From: Solobacterium sp. | GTDB lineage: Bacteria; Bacillota_I; Bacilli_A; Erysipelotrichales; Erysipelotrichaceae | Assembly: GCA_017512555.1 (NCBI GenBank) | Contig: JAFWFE010000001.1 | Coordinates: 22,238 to 86,237 of the forward strand | Reading direction: 5' to 3' | Length of the DNA stretch: 64,000 bases | Shown here: in pieces, positions 15,986 through 25,893 of the stretch | How positions within the stretch are numbered: the first letter of the stretch is position 1 | Layout of the letters: the number at the start of each line of letters is the position of its first letter | Program-made: the position numbers and the translations under genes | Notes under the pieces: generated by a model | What the model was told of the DNA's origin: nothing | What the model saw: only the letters and a program-made list of their open reading frames with translations | Database searches by the model: none

Positions 15986-17632
15986 ATGAACGAAATTGAG
16001 AAGAACCTGAAAAGTGAATTTGCCAGGGCAACGTCTGGTGTCCTTCAGATGGATCTGGGACCGGAGTCGGTGGAACTCAGCCTGCCGAGAGAAAAGGCAC
16101 ACGGGGATTATGCGACGAACATAGCCATGAAATACGCAAAAAAAGCCGGGATGAATCCCAGAGAGGCAGCATCCAGAATCGTTGAAGCATTTGATTTGGA
16201 GAAAGCCGGAGCGGACCATATCGAGATTGCCGGCCCGGGATTCATGAACGTCTTTATGAAACATGATTCTCTGCAGGGAGTGATCCGTAAGGTTCTGGAA
16301 CGGAAAGATGATTACGGTTGTTCTAATCATGGACAGGGGAAGAAATACAACCTGGAATATGTGTCTGCCAATCCGACCGGGGATCTTCATCCGGGTCATG
16401 CCAGAGGAGCCGCTTCCGGTGATTCTACAGCCAGACTGATGAAGATGGCAGGATATGACGTCACCAGAGAATATTACGTGAATGATGCCGGAAACCAGAT
16501 CAACAATATGGCCAAGTCTCTGCAGGCACGTTATCTGCAGGCTTGCGGCAAGGACGCGGAAATGCCTCAGGATGGATACTACGGTGAGGATCTGGTCATC
16601 ATTGCCGGAGAGATCTTCAAGGAGATCGGCACAAAGTATGCGGATACAGATCTTCAGGAGAGTCTTCCGTATTTCCGTGCCTACGGTCTGAAAGCCGAAG
16701 TTGCGAAGTTACGTCGTGATCTGGAAGAATTCCGGGTAAGCTTCGATGTCTGGACCAGTGAACAGGATATCCGGGACCGTGGTCTGGTGGAGAAAGCCTT
16801 GAATCAGCTGAAAGCGGAAGGATATACCTACGAACAGGATGGTGCGTTATTCCTGCGTTCTACTGCCTTCGGAGATGACAAAGACAGAGTTCTGGTCAAG
16901 AGTGACGGCAGTTATACATATCTGATGCCGGATATTGCTTATCACCTGGATAAGTTAGACCGTGGATTTGATGCCCTGGTGAATTTCTTCGGTGCTGACC
17001 ACCACGGTTATGTGCCGCGTTTAAAAGCAGCTATACAGGCACTGGGATATCCTGCGGATAAACTCAGTGTGGATATCATCCAGATGGCAAGAATGATCAA
17101 GGACGGGCAGGAATTCAAATTAAGCAAGCGTTCCGGTAAGGCGGTAGCTTTACGTGACCTGATTGATGAAGCAGGAGTAGACGCTGTACGTTACTTCTTT
17201 GCGTCAAGAGCTGCGGATACCCAGATGGACTTCGATCTGGATATGGCCAAGAAACAGAGTAATGAAAACCCGGTATACTATGCCCAGTATGCGCACGCCA
17301 GAATGTGCTCGGTATTGGAAAAGGGTGCCGGAATCACATTTGCGGATCAATATGATCTGATTACTACAGACAAGGAAATGACCCTGCTGAAGTTAATGAA
17401 CGAATTTGAACAGGTCGTTACGGATGCGGCAGACAGCAGAGCGCCGCACAAAATGGTAAACTTCATCACAAAACTTGCGCAGGCATTCCATAGTTATTAC
17501 AATGATACTAGAATTCTGGATCCGGAAAAGATGGAATTATCCGCCCAGAGATTAGCGTTGGTTGAAGCGTGCCGTATCACACTGAAGAATGCCCTGGCAA
17601 GTATCGGTGTAAGCGCACCGGATCACATGTAA
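15986..17632 (+). CDS. argS: Arginine--tRNA ligase
   Basis: SANPTGDLHPGHARG (HIGH region), class I fold, full-length colinearity. Confidence 0.95.
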   Translation: MNEIEKNLKSEFARATSGVLQMDLGPESVELSLPREKAHGDYATNIAMKYAKKAGMNPREAASRIVEAFDLEKAGADHIEIAGPGFMNVFMKHDSLQGVIRKVLERKDDYGCSNHGQGKKYNLEYVSANPTGDLHPGHARGAASGDSTARLMKMAGYDVTREYYVNDAGNQINNMAKSLQARYLQACGKDAEMPQDGYYGEDLVIIAGEIFKEIGTKYADTDLQESLPYFRAYGLKAEVAKLRRDLEEFRVSFDVWTSEQDIRDRGLVEKALNQLKAEGYTYEQDGALFLRSTAFGDDKDRVLVKSDGSYTYLMPDIAYHLDKLDRGFDALVNFFGADHHGYVPRLKAAIQALGYPADKLSVDIIQMARMIKDGQEFKLSKRSGKAVALRDLIDEAGVDAVRYFFASRAADTQMDFDLDMAKKQSNENPVYYAQYAHARMCSVLEKGAGITFADQYDLITTDKEMTLLKLMNEFEQVVTDAADSRAPHKMVNFITKLAQAFHSYYNDTRILDPEKMELSAQRLALVEACRITLKNALASIGVSAPDHM

Positions 17633-17644
17633 GGAGTTATACGT

Positions 17645-17980
17645 ATGTCCTCAATGAAAGAAAGCATGACAGATGTCGCTTATCACTGTCTGTCAGAACA
17701 GAAGAAGGAAATTGAATTCTCCCGTCTGTGGGTAGAAGTGTGCAACACCATGAATATCCCGGAAAATCATCGTAACCGCAAAAAAGCAGAGTTTTATTCC
17801 GAACTCATGATGGATGGAAGGTTCGCTTCACTGAAAGGAAATAAATGGGATCTTCGTGACCGCCGTCGTTTTGACGAAGTACATACCGAAATCGAAGAGA
17901 TTGACGATGATGAAGATCTCCTTGAAAACGAAGAAGAGGATGAAGATAATCCGCTTCCCCGGGAAGAAGACGAATACTAG
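17645..17980 (+). CDS. rpoE: RNA polymerase delta subunit
   Basis: N-terminal HARE-HTH-like domain followed by a poly-Asp/Glu tail (EIEEIDDDEDLLENEEEDED). Confidence 0.85.
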   Translation: MSSMKESMTDVAYHCLSEQKKEIEFSRLWVEVCNTMNIPENHRNRKKAEFYSELMMDGRFASLKGNKWDLRDRRRFDEVHTEIEEIDDDEDLLENEEEDEDNPLPREEDEY

Positions 17981-17990
17981 AGTATAAAAA

Positions 17991-18020
17991 AAACATTGCG
18001 TTAAGTAAACCGCAATGTTT
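17991..18020. terminator. Bidirectional terminator between convergent genes
   Basis: AAACATTGCG (17991-18000) pairs with CGCAATGTTT (18011-18020). Flanked by an A-run and a T-run. Confidence 0.7.
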
Positions 18021-18027
18021 TTTATGA

Positions 18028-18762
18028 TTACTTCATCAAAGCTGTCAGGATGTTGAGCAGTTCTGTACCGTTCAGGCTTGTGTCAGCAGTTGTCTGCTGT
18101 ACCGGCTGCTGCGGCTGTCCGAAGAGAGCTCCGAGAAGACTCATCGGTGTTTGCTGCTGCTGTACAGGTTTAACCTGCTGTACCGGCTGCTGCGGCTGTC
18201 CGAACAGGGTTCCCAGCAGATTGGCTACGGTAGCCTGCTGTTGCTGCTGCTGGATCTGCTGCTGTTGCTGCTGCTGTACGGTATACTGATTGCCTGCGAA
18301 CATGGTCAGAAGATCACCGAGATCGAATACATCGTCTGCCTTGTCCATGGAGGTTGCTGCGTTTGTTGCTGCCGCAAGACCTGCCAGCAGAGCCGGAGCA
18401 ATACTTCCGAGTGTCTTGGCAACATCTGCTGTGTTGACGCCTGTTTCTGCGGAGAGAGCACGGACTACCTTGTCGTTGTCATCACCGAGGATATGGCCGA
18501 TGATCTTGCCGCCGTCGACTTCGTCAACTTCGTCGATCTGTTCAGCCATGGTCTTTGTGACCTTGTGCTGTGTCAGAGCACCGAGCAGGGATAACGCACC
18601 GCTCTGTGAAGAAGCGTTCTTGGTCATGTACTTGATCAGAATAGGCAGAGCTGTAATGATCAGTTTGGTAACCAGCTCCTGACTTAACCCTGTTTTCTTA
18701 GAAACAGAGTTAACAGATTGTGTTGAAACCAGTGTCTTCAACAATAATTGTAAAAGATTCAT
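18028..18762 (-). CDS. DUF937-family protein with Gln-rich repeats
   Basis: N-terminal LLKTL...SVSKKTGLSQELVTKLIITALPIL is DUF937-like. The C-terminal half has poly-Q and a duplicated LLG(T/A)LFGQPQQPVQQ unit. Confidence 0.7.
   Translation of the reverse strand: MNLLQLLLKTLVSTQSVNSVSKKTGLSQELVTKLIITALPILIKYMTKNASSQSGALSLLGALTQHKVTKTMAEQIDEVDEVDGGKIIGHILGDDNDKVVRALSAETGVNTADVAKTLGSIAPALLAGLAAATNAATSMDKADDVFDLGDLLTMFAGNQYTVQQQQQQQIQQQQQQATVANLLGTLFGQPQQPVQQVKPVQQQQTPMSLLGALFGQPQQPVQQTTADTSLNGTELLNILTALMK
18094..18204. repeat. Exact 30-nt direct repeat, two copies 81 nt apart, inside the DUF937 gene
   Basis: CTGCTGTACCGGCTGCTGCGGCTGTCCGAA occurs at 18094-18123 and 18175-18204. An adjacent CTG/CAG-rich tract spans about 18235-18276. 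Confidence 0.85.
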
Positions 18763-18924
18763 TTGATTCTCCTTCCCGTAATACTACGCTGCTTATATTA
18801 TACTTCTTCTTTCGTGAATATATGTACAAATTCCTGTTTTTTTCCTTTCTGTAAAGTGTTTGGACTAGGAATAATCTTAGTTTTGAAATAAAATAATAGA
18901 TACTAGAAGAGGAGGAATAAGATC

Positions 18925-19791
18925 ATGGTAATGGTATCCGCAACAGAGATGATCAATAAAGCACATGAAGGCCATTATACGATCGGTGCGTTTAACCTTA
19001 ATAATCTGGAATGGACAAAGGCTGTTCTCGCCGGTGTTCAGCAGGCAAATTCTCCTGTAATTCTGCAGGTTTCGGAAGGCGCAGGCAAGTATATGGGCGG
19101 CTTCAAGACAGTAGCTGATATGGTCAGAGATCTTCATGATTCCATGGGTATTACAGTTCCTGTGGCATTACATCTTGACCATGGTACATTTGAAGGCGCG
19201 AAAGCTTGTATCGAAGCAGGCTTTACTTCCATTATGTTTGATGGCTCTCATTATGATTTCGAAGAGAATCTGAAGAAATCCAAGGAAATTATTGAACTTG
19301 CGCACAGCAAGGGGATCTCTGTTGAGTGTGAAGTCGGCGGTATCGGCGGTACAGAAGATGGTGTAACTTCTGCCGGCGAACTTGCTGACCCGAAGGAATG
19401 CGCAGCAATTGCTGAATTAGGTGTAGATTTCCTGGCAGCAGGAATCGGTAATATTCATGGTATTTATCCGCCGGATTGGCAGGGGCTGAACTTTGAACGT
19501 CTGGAAGAAATCAACGAAGCTGTTCACGGCAAACCGTTGGTACTGCACGGAGGCAGCGGTATTCCGTTTGATCAGGTACACAAGGCAATCACCATGGGTG
19601 TATCCAAGATCAATGTCAATACTGACCTGCAGCTGGTATTTGCGGCAGCGACCAGAAAATATTTCGAAGCCGGTAAGGATCTTGAAGGCAAAGGCTACGA
19701 TCCCCGTAAGCTTCTGAAACCTGGATGTGACGCAATCACAGCGAAAGTCATTGAGATGGTTAACCAGTTTGGCTCTGCAGGAAAGGCATAA
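18925..19791 (+). CDS. fba: Class II fructose-1,6-bisphosphate aldolase
   Basis: AFNLNNLEW..., HLDHG, GGSGIP motifs. Confidence 0.95.
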   Translation: MVMVSATEMINKAHEGHYTIGAFNLNNLEWTKAVLAGVQQANSPVILQVSEGAGKYMGGFKTVADMVRDLHDSMGITVPVALHLDHGTFEGAKACIEAGFTSIMFDGSHYDFEENLKKSKEIIELAHSKGISVECEVGGIGGTEDGVTSAGELADPKECAAIAELGVDFLAAGIGNIHGIYPPDWQGLNFERLEEINEAVHGKPLVLHGGSGIPFDQVHKAITMGVSKINVNTDLQLVFAAATRKYFEAGKDLEGKGYDPRKLLKPGCDAITAKVIEMVNQFGSAGKA

Positions 19792-19816
19792 ATCCAGTCA
19801 GGTAAACATGAAAAAG

Positions 19817-19842
19817 AGACTGTTACAGTGAAGTAACAGTCT
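19817..19842. terminator. Bidirectional terminator
   Basis: AGACTGTTAC (19817-19826) pairs with GTAACAGTCT (19833-19842). A-run upstream, T-run downstream. Confidence 0.7.
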
Positions 19843-19847
19843 TTTCT

Positions 19848-20564
19848 TTATAACGTGTTCTTGAAGTAACGTGATAGTTTATAACGGTATCTCTGCATGA
19901 GTATGATCAGTACGATCTGGGCGATAAACGTCAAGATTGTAAACATATATTTACCGCGGATAAGGAAATGTCCGGCGATACAGTTACACAAGATCTGAGG
20001 CCAGCAGGTATAGGCAATTGCTTCTACAAAGCGTCTCCAGCGTATTTCCGCGCGCGCACCCAGGTAAGGGATGATGCCGTTGGGAACACCGGGGACCAGA
20101 CATGCCATCCCCACGGTCATCGCGGGATTGTTGTCATTAATCAGACAGATCAGTTTACTGGATTTTCCGGATTCGTCGATAAATACACTGGTGATCTCCT
20201 TGCCCACTCTGCGCGCCACGTAGAAGACAACCGCGTTGCCGGTGAGAAAACCCAGATAATTGACAATAAACGCAGGAAACCAGCCGTAGATCAATCCGGA
20301 AGAGATCTGGATGGCAATCCCGGGGATCACGATGGAAACGACCTGCAGTATCGAGATGAAGTATACACTGATTAGTCCGCGGATCTTACTCTGGCTGTTC
20401 AGGTAGTCCATGATCTCCTGTTGATTGCCCCGGCGCAGGATATGAAAGATCTCCAGAAAACGAGTCCCGAAGAACTTCATGAAGAAAATAACGGTAAGCA
20501 GGATAATCAAAGCAATTACCGCCATGGTAACCAATTTGGTTTTCTTTTTGTTATCTATGCTCAT
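19848..20564 (-). CDS. TVP38/TMEM64 (DedA-related) family membrane protein
   Basis: Multi-TM protein with IPGIAIQISSGLIYGWFPAFIVNYLGFLTGNAVVFYVARRVG. Confidence 0.8.
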   Translation of the reverse strand: MSIDNKKKTKLVTMAVIALIILLTVIFFMKFFGTRFLEIFHILRRGNQQEIMDYLNSQSKIRGLISVYFISILQVVSIVIPGIAIQISSGLIYGWFPAFIVNYLGFLTGNAVVFYVARRVGKEITSVFIDESGKSSKLICLINDNNPAMTVGMACLVPGVPNGIIPYLGARAEIRWRRFVEAIAYTCWPQILCNCIAGHFLIRGKYMFTILTFIAQIVLIILMQRYRYKLSRYFKNTL

Positions 20565-20714
20565 GATTGTTTATGTCAGTATAACTTGTTTTGGGAAAAA
20601 CTTCATCAGTTTGGCAATAAGGTTTTTCTTAAAATACAATAAAATACATAAGATATACCAAGTATAGGTTTTTGTTGGTATATCCCCGTAATTCAAGTAA
20701 AATGGAATGGGATA

Positions 20715-21380
20715 ATGATTCAGGCAGTTCTGTTTGACATGGATGGTATACTCTGTGATAGTGAACTTTTCTACATGGAGGGGACGCTTGCGCAGATGCG
20801 CGGTTTCGGTTATACCGGACCGGAAGAAAAAGTCTGGAGTGTGATTGGAACCACGATGGATGTGACATACCAGATCTTGTATGAACTGCTGGATGGGAAA
20901 ATCCCCGTATCACAGCTGAAGGAAACCAATGAGCGCTACTTTGAAGAACACCCGTGTAATTACCGGGAGATCCGTTTTGAAGGGGTAAAAGAAGTACTGT
21001 CTGATCTGAAGAACAGGGGCTTTCTGCTTGCGTGTTGTTCGTCTTCTCCGCTGAAAACCGTACGTCAGGCATTACAGGAGATGGAAATCGAAGAGTATTT
21101 CGATTATATCCAGAGCGGTGAAGAGATAGAGAATCCCAAACCGGCACCGGATATCTACCGGATGGCAGCGGAAGAACTGCATGTATCCGCAGAAGAGTGT
21201 ATAGTATATGAAGATTCGGAAGTGGGCATACGTTCCGGGAAAAGCGCAGGCATGTATGTCATCGCCCGGGAAGATTCAAGATTCAAACAAGATCAGTCAG
21301 GCGCAGATGTTCTGGTTCAGGATATACGGGAAATGGAAAAGATCCTTCTGAAGGAGTATGAATATGAAACAAGTAATTAA
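20715..21380 (+). CDS. HAD-superfamily hydrolase (beta-phosphoglucomutase-like subfamily IA)
   Basis: AVLFDMDGILCDSE motif I, SSS motif II, KPAPDIY, YEDSEVG. Confidence 0.85.
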   Translation: MIQAVLFDMDGILCDSELFYMEGTLAQMRGFGYTGPEEKVWSVIGTTMDVTYQILYELLDGKIPVSQLKETNERYFEEHPCNYREIRFEGVKEVLSDLKNRGFLLACCSSSPLKTVRQALQEMEIEEYFDYIQSGEEIENPKPAPDIYRMAAEELHVSAEECIVYEDSEVGIRSGKSAGMYVIAREDSRFKQDQSGADVLVQDIREMEKILLKEYEYETSN

Positions 21381-22626
21381 GATTGAAGGCGGTAAATCAC
21401 TGAACGGAGAAGTATATATATCCGGCAGTAAGAATGCGACTGTCGCATTGATTCCCGCGGCAGTACTGGCCAATGAACCGGTAACCATCCTGGGTGTACC
21501 TGAGATCTCGGATGTGGCATCGTTATCGGAAATCCTGAGGATCCTGCATGCGGATATTGAAGAAAAAGATGATGTCCTCGTAATCGATCCCAGAAATATG
21601 GTCAACGTGGATCTGGAACAGGATGTGGTCACAAAACTCAGAGCTTCGTATTACTTCATGGGTGCTTTACTGGGAAAATACGGCTATGTACGCATCAAGA
21701 TGCCGGGAGGATGTTACCTCGGACCCAGACCAATCGATCTCCATATCAAGGGCTTTGAGGCATTAGGTGCCGTTGTAACCTATGAACGCGGGGGATATAC
21801 GATCTCTGCGGATAAGCTTGTCGGTACCAAGATCTTCCTGGATATTGCCTCGGTTGGTGCCACCATCAACATCATGATGGCTTCTGTCTATGCGGAAGGA
21901 CGTACAACGATTGAGAATGCCGCAAGAGAACCGGAGATCATCGATGTAGCCACACTCTTGAACAAGATGGGTGCGAATATCCGCGGTGCCGGCACGAATG
22001 TGATTACGATCGACGGTGTAAAGAACCTGAACGGATGTATCCATGAAATTATCCCGGATCGTATTGAGGCAGGTACCTTTGTGATCATGGCAGCAGCCTG
22101 TGCAGAGGAAATGAAGATCTCCAATATTATCCCCAAGCACATTGAGGCATTAACCTCCAAACTGGAAGAAATGGGTGTGAAGATGAATATCGGTGTAGAC
22201 AGTATTACCGTACGTCATTCCGATCATCTGAAAGCAGTAGATATTACCACCAAGCCTTATCCCGGCTTTGCGACAGATCTCCAGCAGCCTCTCACCGCCT
22301 TATTGACACAGGTACAGGGTGTAAGCCATGTGACAGATACCGTCTACAGTGAGAGATTCAAACACTGTCTTGAACTGCAGAGAATGGGTGCGGATATTGA
22401 AATCACCAACGGTTCCAGTACAATTACCGGACCAAAGAAATTATACGGAGATAAAGTAACTGCGACAGATCTGCGCTGTGGTGCCAGTATGATCATTGCC
22501 GGCCTGCTTGCGGAAGGGATTACCGAGATCCATGATATCTATCATATCGACAGAGGATACGATGATATTGACGGTAAACTGAAGAAGCTTGGCGCAAATA
22601 TCTGGCGTGAGACAATTGAAGACTGA
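21364..22626 (+). CDS. murA: UDP-N-acetylglucosamine 1-carboxyvinyltransferase
   Basis: MKQVIKIEGGKSLNGEVYISGSKNA... ATG 21364 is 7 nt after AAGGAG, whereas the track ATG 21358 is only 1 nt after it. Confidence 0.95.
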   Translation: MKQVIKIEGGKSLNGEVYISGSKNATVALIPAAVLANEPVTILGVPEISDVASLSEILRILHADIEEKDDVLVIDPRNMVNVDLEQDVVTKLRASYYFMGALLGKYGYVRIKMPGGCYLGPRPIDLHIKGFEALGAVVTYERGGYTISADKLVGTKIFLDIASVGATINIMMASVYAEGRTTIENAAREPEIIDVATLLNKMGANIRGAGTNVITIDGVKNLNGCIHEIIPDRIEAGTFVIMAAACAEEMKISNIIPKHIEALTSKLEEMGVKMNIGVDSITVRHSDHLKAVDITTKPYPGFATDLQQPLTALLTQVQGVSHVTDTVYSERFKHCLELQRMGADIEITNGSSTITGPKKLYGDKVTATDLRCGASMIIAGLLAEGITEIHDIYHIDRGYDDIDGKLKKLGANIWRETIED

Positions 22627-22629
22627 ATA

Positions 22630-22660
22630 ACATCTCCGGAATAAACCGGAGGTGTTTTCT
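22630..22660 (+). terminator. Rho-independent terminator
   Basis: CATCTCCGG pairs with CCGGAGGTG, followed by TTTTC. Confidence 0.6.
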
Positions 22661-22683
22661 ATCCCGATGTGTCCGGATGAGCA

Positions 22684-22974
22684 ATGATACAGGATATTGA
22701 TATGAACAGGAATAAGACAACATACAGAATTCCCAAAGCTGTTTATTTCACTGTCGTACTTATACTTGCGGCAGTGATGATCATTTCAGCGGTGAAAAAA
22801 GACAGGAAACTGACATATTCCCTTTATCCGTATCTTCCGGAAACAGAGTATTGTACAGACATTCTGGAAAAAGAATACCCGGTCTATGCCAGACTGAAGA
22901 ATATTGCCGGTAAACCTGACAACAAGCTATTCCGGGCATATGGTACTTTCATGGATGAAACATATGGAAGATAA
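22684..22974 (+). CDS. Hypothetical 96-aa protein with one N-terminal TM segment; possibly a gene remnant
   Basis: ORF only, with a TM segment AVYFTVVLILAAVMIISAV and a short soluble tail. Confidence 0.35.
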   Translation: MIQDIDMNRNKTTYRIPKAVYFTVVLILAAVMIISAVKKDRKLTYSLYPYLPETEYCTDILEKEYPVYARLKNIAGKPDNKLFRAYGTFMDETYGR

Positions 22975-23003
22975 TATGTTAAAGGCATTTTGTGAGGCAG
23001 ATC

Positions 23004-23465
23004 ATGTTTTATATCAAGAAACTGGAAAAAGAAGATATTCCAAGCGTAATCGGGTTTGAGCAGGAACTGAGAAGGCAGGAACCGGACACCTATTACTGGG
23101 AACCTGATGAGACTTATGTAAAGCAGCTGGAACAGAGTTTTGAGGATCCCCGGTTTACTACGGCCATGTCCTTTATTGCTGTCAGGGAGGAACATGTAAT
23201 CGGCAGAATCGATGGATCCCTGATCTCCAGCAGAAGTGACGCGTCTTGTTTTACTGCATATCTTGACTGGATCTGTGTTTTGAAGAGTGAGAGACACAAT
23301 AAAGTCGGACAGGAATTGTTACATGCGTTAAGGGACGAATGTAAGAAACAGGGTGCCGGAATACTGATTGCGTTAATGGCAGAGAATGCGGAAGCTCAAA
23401 GTTTTTATCAGGGAGTGGAGGATGCCTCCATGCATGATACAGGAATCTGGATCAATATCCGATGA
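23004..23465 (+). CDS. GNAT-family N-acetyltransferase
   Basis: LDWICVLKSERHNKVGQELL motif A. ATG 23004 is 7 nt after GAGG; the track start is GTG 22992. Confidence 0.75.
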   Translation: MFYIKKLEKEDIPSVIGFEQELRRQEPDTYYWEPDETYVKQLEQSFEDPRFTTAMSFIAVREEHVIGRIDGSLISSRSDASCFTAYLDWICVLKSERHNKVGQELLHALRDECKKQGAGILIALMAENAEAQSFYQGVEDASMHDTGIWINIR

Positions 23466-23478
23466 AAGGAGAATAACG

Positions 23479-24978
23479 ATGAACAGAAAAGAATTTACAC
23501 GTGTAACGCCGGAGGAAGCCGGTATTCCTTCCGAAGCAGTAATGAAACTTTTAGACCGTCTGGAGAGCGGTTTTACAGAGATGCACGGCTTAATGATCAT
23601 GAGACATGACCAAATCTGCGCAGAAGGTTTCTGGGCTCCGTACGCTCCCGGAATACCGCATATGTGCGCATCCCTGACCAAGACGTATATGGGTACCGCA
23701 ATCGGTATTGCCATCAGAGAAGGATTACTAACCCTGGATACCCATCTGACGGAGATCTTCCCGGAATATACGCCGGAGAAACCATCCCCGTACTTTGAAG
23801 AACTGACGATCCGTCATGTATTGACCATGGGTTCCGGTATGACACAATTCCCGGAAATGGAAGATAACTGGGTCAAGAACTTCATTGCTGTACCATTAAC
23901 CCACAGACCCGGCACACACTTCTGGTACAACAGTGTAGGATCGACATTCCTGGGAAAGGTAATCGAGAAACTGACCGGAAAAGATGTCTATACATACCTG
24001 GATGAGAAACTGTTTCCGAAGATCGGTATCAACGGAAAGAACATCATGCACGGAATCGCTCCGGAAGGAAAAGATATGTGGGCATGGAGAACTGTCTCTA
24101 CTACGGAAGACAATCTGCGTCTGATGAAGTTATACCGTGACGGAGGACTCTGGGAAGGAGAAAGGATCCTGCCGGAAGAGTATGTACGTCTGGCAACCAC
24201 AAAACAGATCGATAACGATAATCCCCAGGCCAGAGAACATGGATTCCTGGACGCTTGTTCCGGATATGGATACCAGATGTGGATGTGCCAGATTCCCGGA
24301 GTATACCGCGCAGACGGAGCAGCCGGACAGTATTCGATCGTCATACCGGATAAGGATATGATCATCGCAATCAACGAGAATGCGCCGGGTCCCGGACCGT
24401 TCCTCACCCTGAAGGCAATCTGGGAAACTCTGTTACCTGCTGTACAGGATGAACCAATCATCCCGGATGAAGAAGGCATGGCTGTACAGAAACGTCTTTC
24501 CGCAAGACTCAGACATCTGGCAATTGAAGCCCCTGAATTCAAAGCATATGCGCAGATGAAAGGACAGGCATCCGGAAAGTATATCGTTCAGAACGGAGAC
24601 TTCAACCTCTTCTGTAACGGTATGTTTGCGCCGGAAGCGAATCCTGTCCACGGCTTTGAGATCAGGTTTGGGGAAATGGAAGGATCGATCCTCTGGGAGA
24701 GTAAGGACCATACATCCTGTACTGTTGAATTCGCCATGGATGGTTCACGCAGATACAATCGTTTCCGTTCCCCGTGGCAGTTTGCGGAACAATGCTGGGC
24801 AAATGGTGTATGGGAAAGTGATGATACCTTCCGCCTGGAAGAACTCTGGCCGGAAAATAACTCCCGCAAAACCCTGCGTTTTACCTTTGATGAAGACAGA
24901 TGCACGGTGTCCTACGAAAAGGGTGGTCTGCCGGGACAGAAGGTAGAGACGGTGAATGTTATCTGCCGGAGAATCTGA
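23479..24978 (+). CDS. Serine hydrolase of the beta-lactamase/transpeptidase fold, with a C-terminal beta-rich domain
   Basis: SLTK (SxxK) motif in CASLTKTYMGTAIG. ATG 23479 is preceded by AAAGGAGAA; the track's upstream extension overlaps the GNAT gene. Confidence 0.8.
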   Translation: MNRKEFTRVTPEEAGIPSEAVMKLLDRLESGFTEMHGLMIMRHDQICAEGFWAPYAPGIPHMCASLTKTYMGTAIGIAIREGLLTLDTHLTEIFPEYTPEKPSPYFEELTIRHVLTMGSGMTQFPEMEDNWVKNFIAVPLTHRPGTHFWYNSVGSTFLGKVIEKLTGKDVYTYLDEKLFPKIGINGKNIMHGIAPEGKDMWAWRTVSTTEDNLRLMKLYRDGGLWEGERILPEEYVRLATTKQIDNDNPQAREHGFLDACSGYGYQMWMCQIPGVYRADGAAGQYSIVIPDKDMIIAINENAPGPGPFLTLKAIWETLLPAVQDEPIIPDEEGMAVQKRLSARLRHLAIEAPEFKAYAQMKGQASGKYIVQNGDFNLFCNGMFAPEANPVHGFEIRFGEMEGSILWESKDHTSCTVEFAMDGSRRYNRFRSPWQFAEQCWANGVWESDDTFRLEELWPENNSRKTLRFTFDEDRCTVSYEKGGLPGQKVETVNVICRRI

Positions 24979-24992
24979 GATAACAGAGAGTA

Positions 24993-25640
24993 ATGAATAT
25001 AACGATTCTAAACAAATTGCGAACCCCTGAACCACAGACAAAGAAAAGAACGGCAGAAATAGCCGTATTCACTTTTGCGTTCGGTATAATCCTTGGCTTG
25101 TTTTCGAAGTGGCTTGATAATCTTGCGCTGGACAGTACAATCTGGTGGCACAGGATCATCGAAACACTCAACCTCGGTAATTTCTTTTCCGATATCGCAA
25201 TCTGGCTGTTCATTGCCCTGGTCATCGCTGCTTACAGTGCATCGGCATTACGGGCTGCGTTGAATGTGTTCGTCTTCTTCCTGGGAATGTGCGCGTCATA
25301 CCATGTCTCTACGATCCTGTTCAGCGGCTTTGACCCGGGAACGTATATGTTGATCTGGTACGGAATTACATTGTTGTCACCGCTGTTAGCTGTAATTTGC
25401 TGGTATGCGAAGGGCTCCGGCACTGTGCCGCTCATTCTGGATATTGGGATTACAGCGGTCTTCATCCTTTCCTGTTTCTCCATCGGTATCCTGTATGTTG
25501 ATATCAGGGGAATCTTGTATGTGCTGGTTTTCATTGGGGTAGTTACAGTTCTGTACAGAAATACGAAAGAATTACTGGTGACGGTACTGGCCGGATTCCT
25601 GCTGGCATTCCTGCTCAACCCGGTCTGGCCGTTTCATTAA
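24993..25640 (+). CDS. Polytopic membrane protein, uncharacterised
   Basis: 215 aa with about 6 hydrophobic segments. Confidence 0.6.
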   Translation: MNITILNKLRTPEPQTKKRTAEIAVFTFAFGIILGLFSKWLDNLALDSTIWWHRIIETLNLGNFFSDIAIWLFIALVIAAYSASALRAALNVFVFFLGMCASYHVSTILFSGFDPGTYMLIWYGITLLSPLLAVICWYAKGSGTVPLILDIGITAVFILSCFSIGILYVDIRGILYVLVFIGVVTVLYRNTKELLVTVLAGFLLAFLLNPVWPFH

Positions 25641-25715
25641 AACGCATGACTCTGATATAAAAACCAATGATGATGAGGAATGGAAAACTTTGTATATATG
25701 TTTTCCTGAAACTGT

Positions 25716-25743
25716 TTGACATTTATTTCTCTGCAGTTATAAT
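25716..25743 (+). promoter_or_regulatory. Sigma-A promoter driving the riboswitch leader
   Basis: TTGACA at 25716-25721, 16-nt spacer, TATAAT at 25738-25743. Confidence 0.6.
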
Positions 25744-25749
25744 TGCAGT

Positions 25750-25843
25750 ATTGAGGGAGTAACTTGCGTATATGCGCAGGCAGGTCGTCATCACGGTAAA
25801 AGCCCGGTCTGTCTTGAAATAGTGAGACTCATATACAGGGTCT
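25750..25843 (+). promoter_or_regulatory. yybP-ykoY-like (Mn2+) riboswitch aptamer, candidate
   Basis: GAGGGAGUAAC, GGUCGUCA, CCCGGUCUGUCUUGAAAUAG and GUGAGACUC parallel the conserved GGGGAGUAGC / GUCGUCA / CCGG..UUGUUGACAUA / AGACC blocks of the L. lactis and B. subtilis aptamers as I recall them. The flanking UGAG...CUCA can close P1. Confidence 0.6.
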
Positions 25844-25867
25844 GACTGTGTATGGGACAAGAATATT

Positions 25868-25893
25868 ACACAGTCGGAAGACTGTGTTTTTTA
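25868..25893 (+). terminator. Riboswitch expression-platform terminator
   Basis: ACACAGTC (25868-25875), GGAA loop, GACTGTGT (25880-25887), then TTTTTT. An upstream copy of GACTGTGT(A) at 25844-25852 can pair alternatively with 25867-25875. Confidence 0.7.

Noticed and set aside
18050-18682. Plus-strand Cys-rich and Leu-rich ORFs opposite the DUF937 gene
   Set aside because: Artefacts of the CTG/CAG repeat tract read in other frames or on the other strand.
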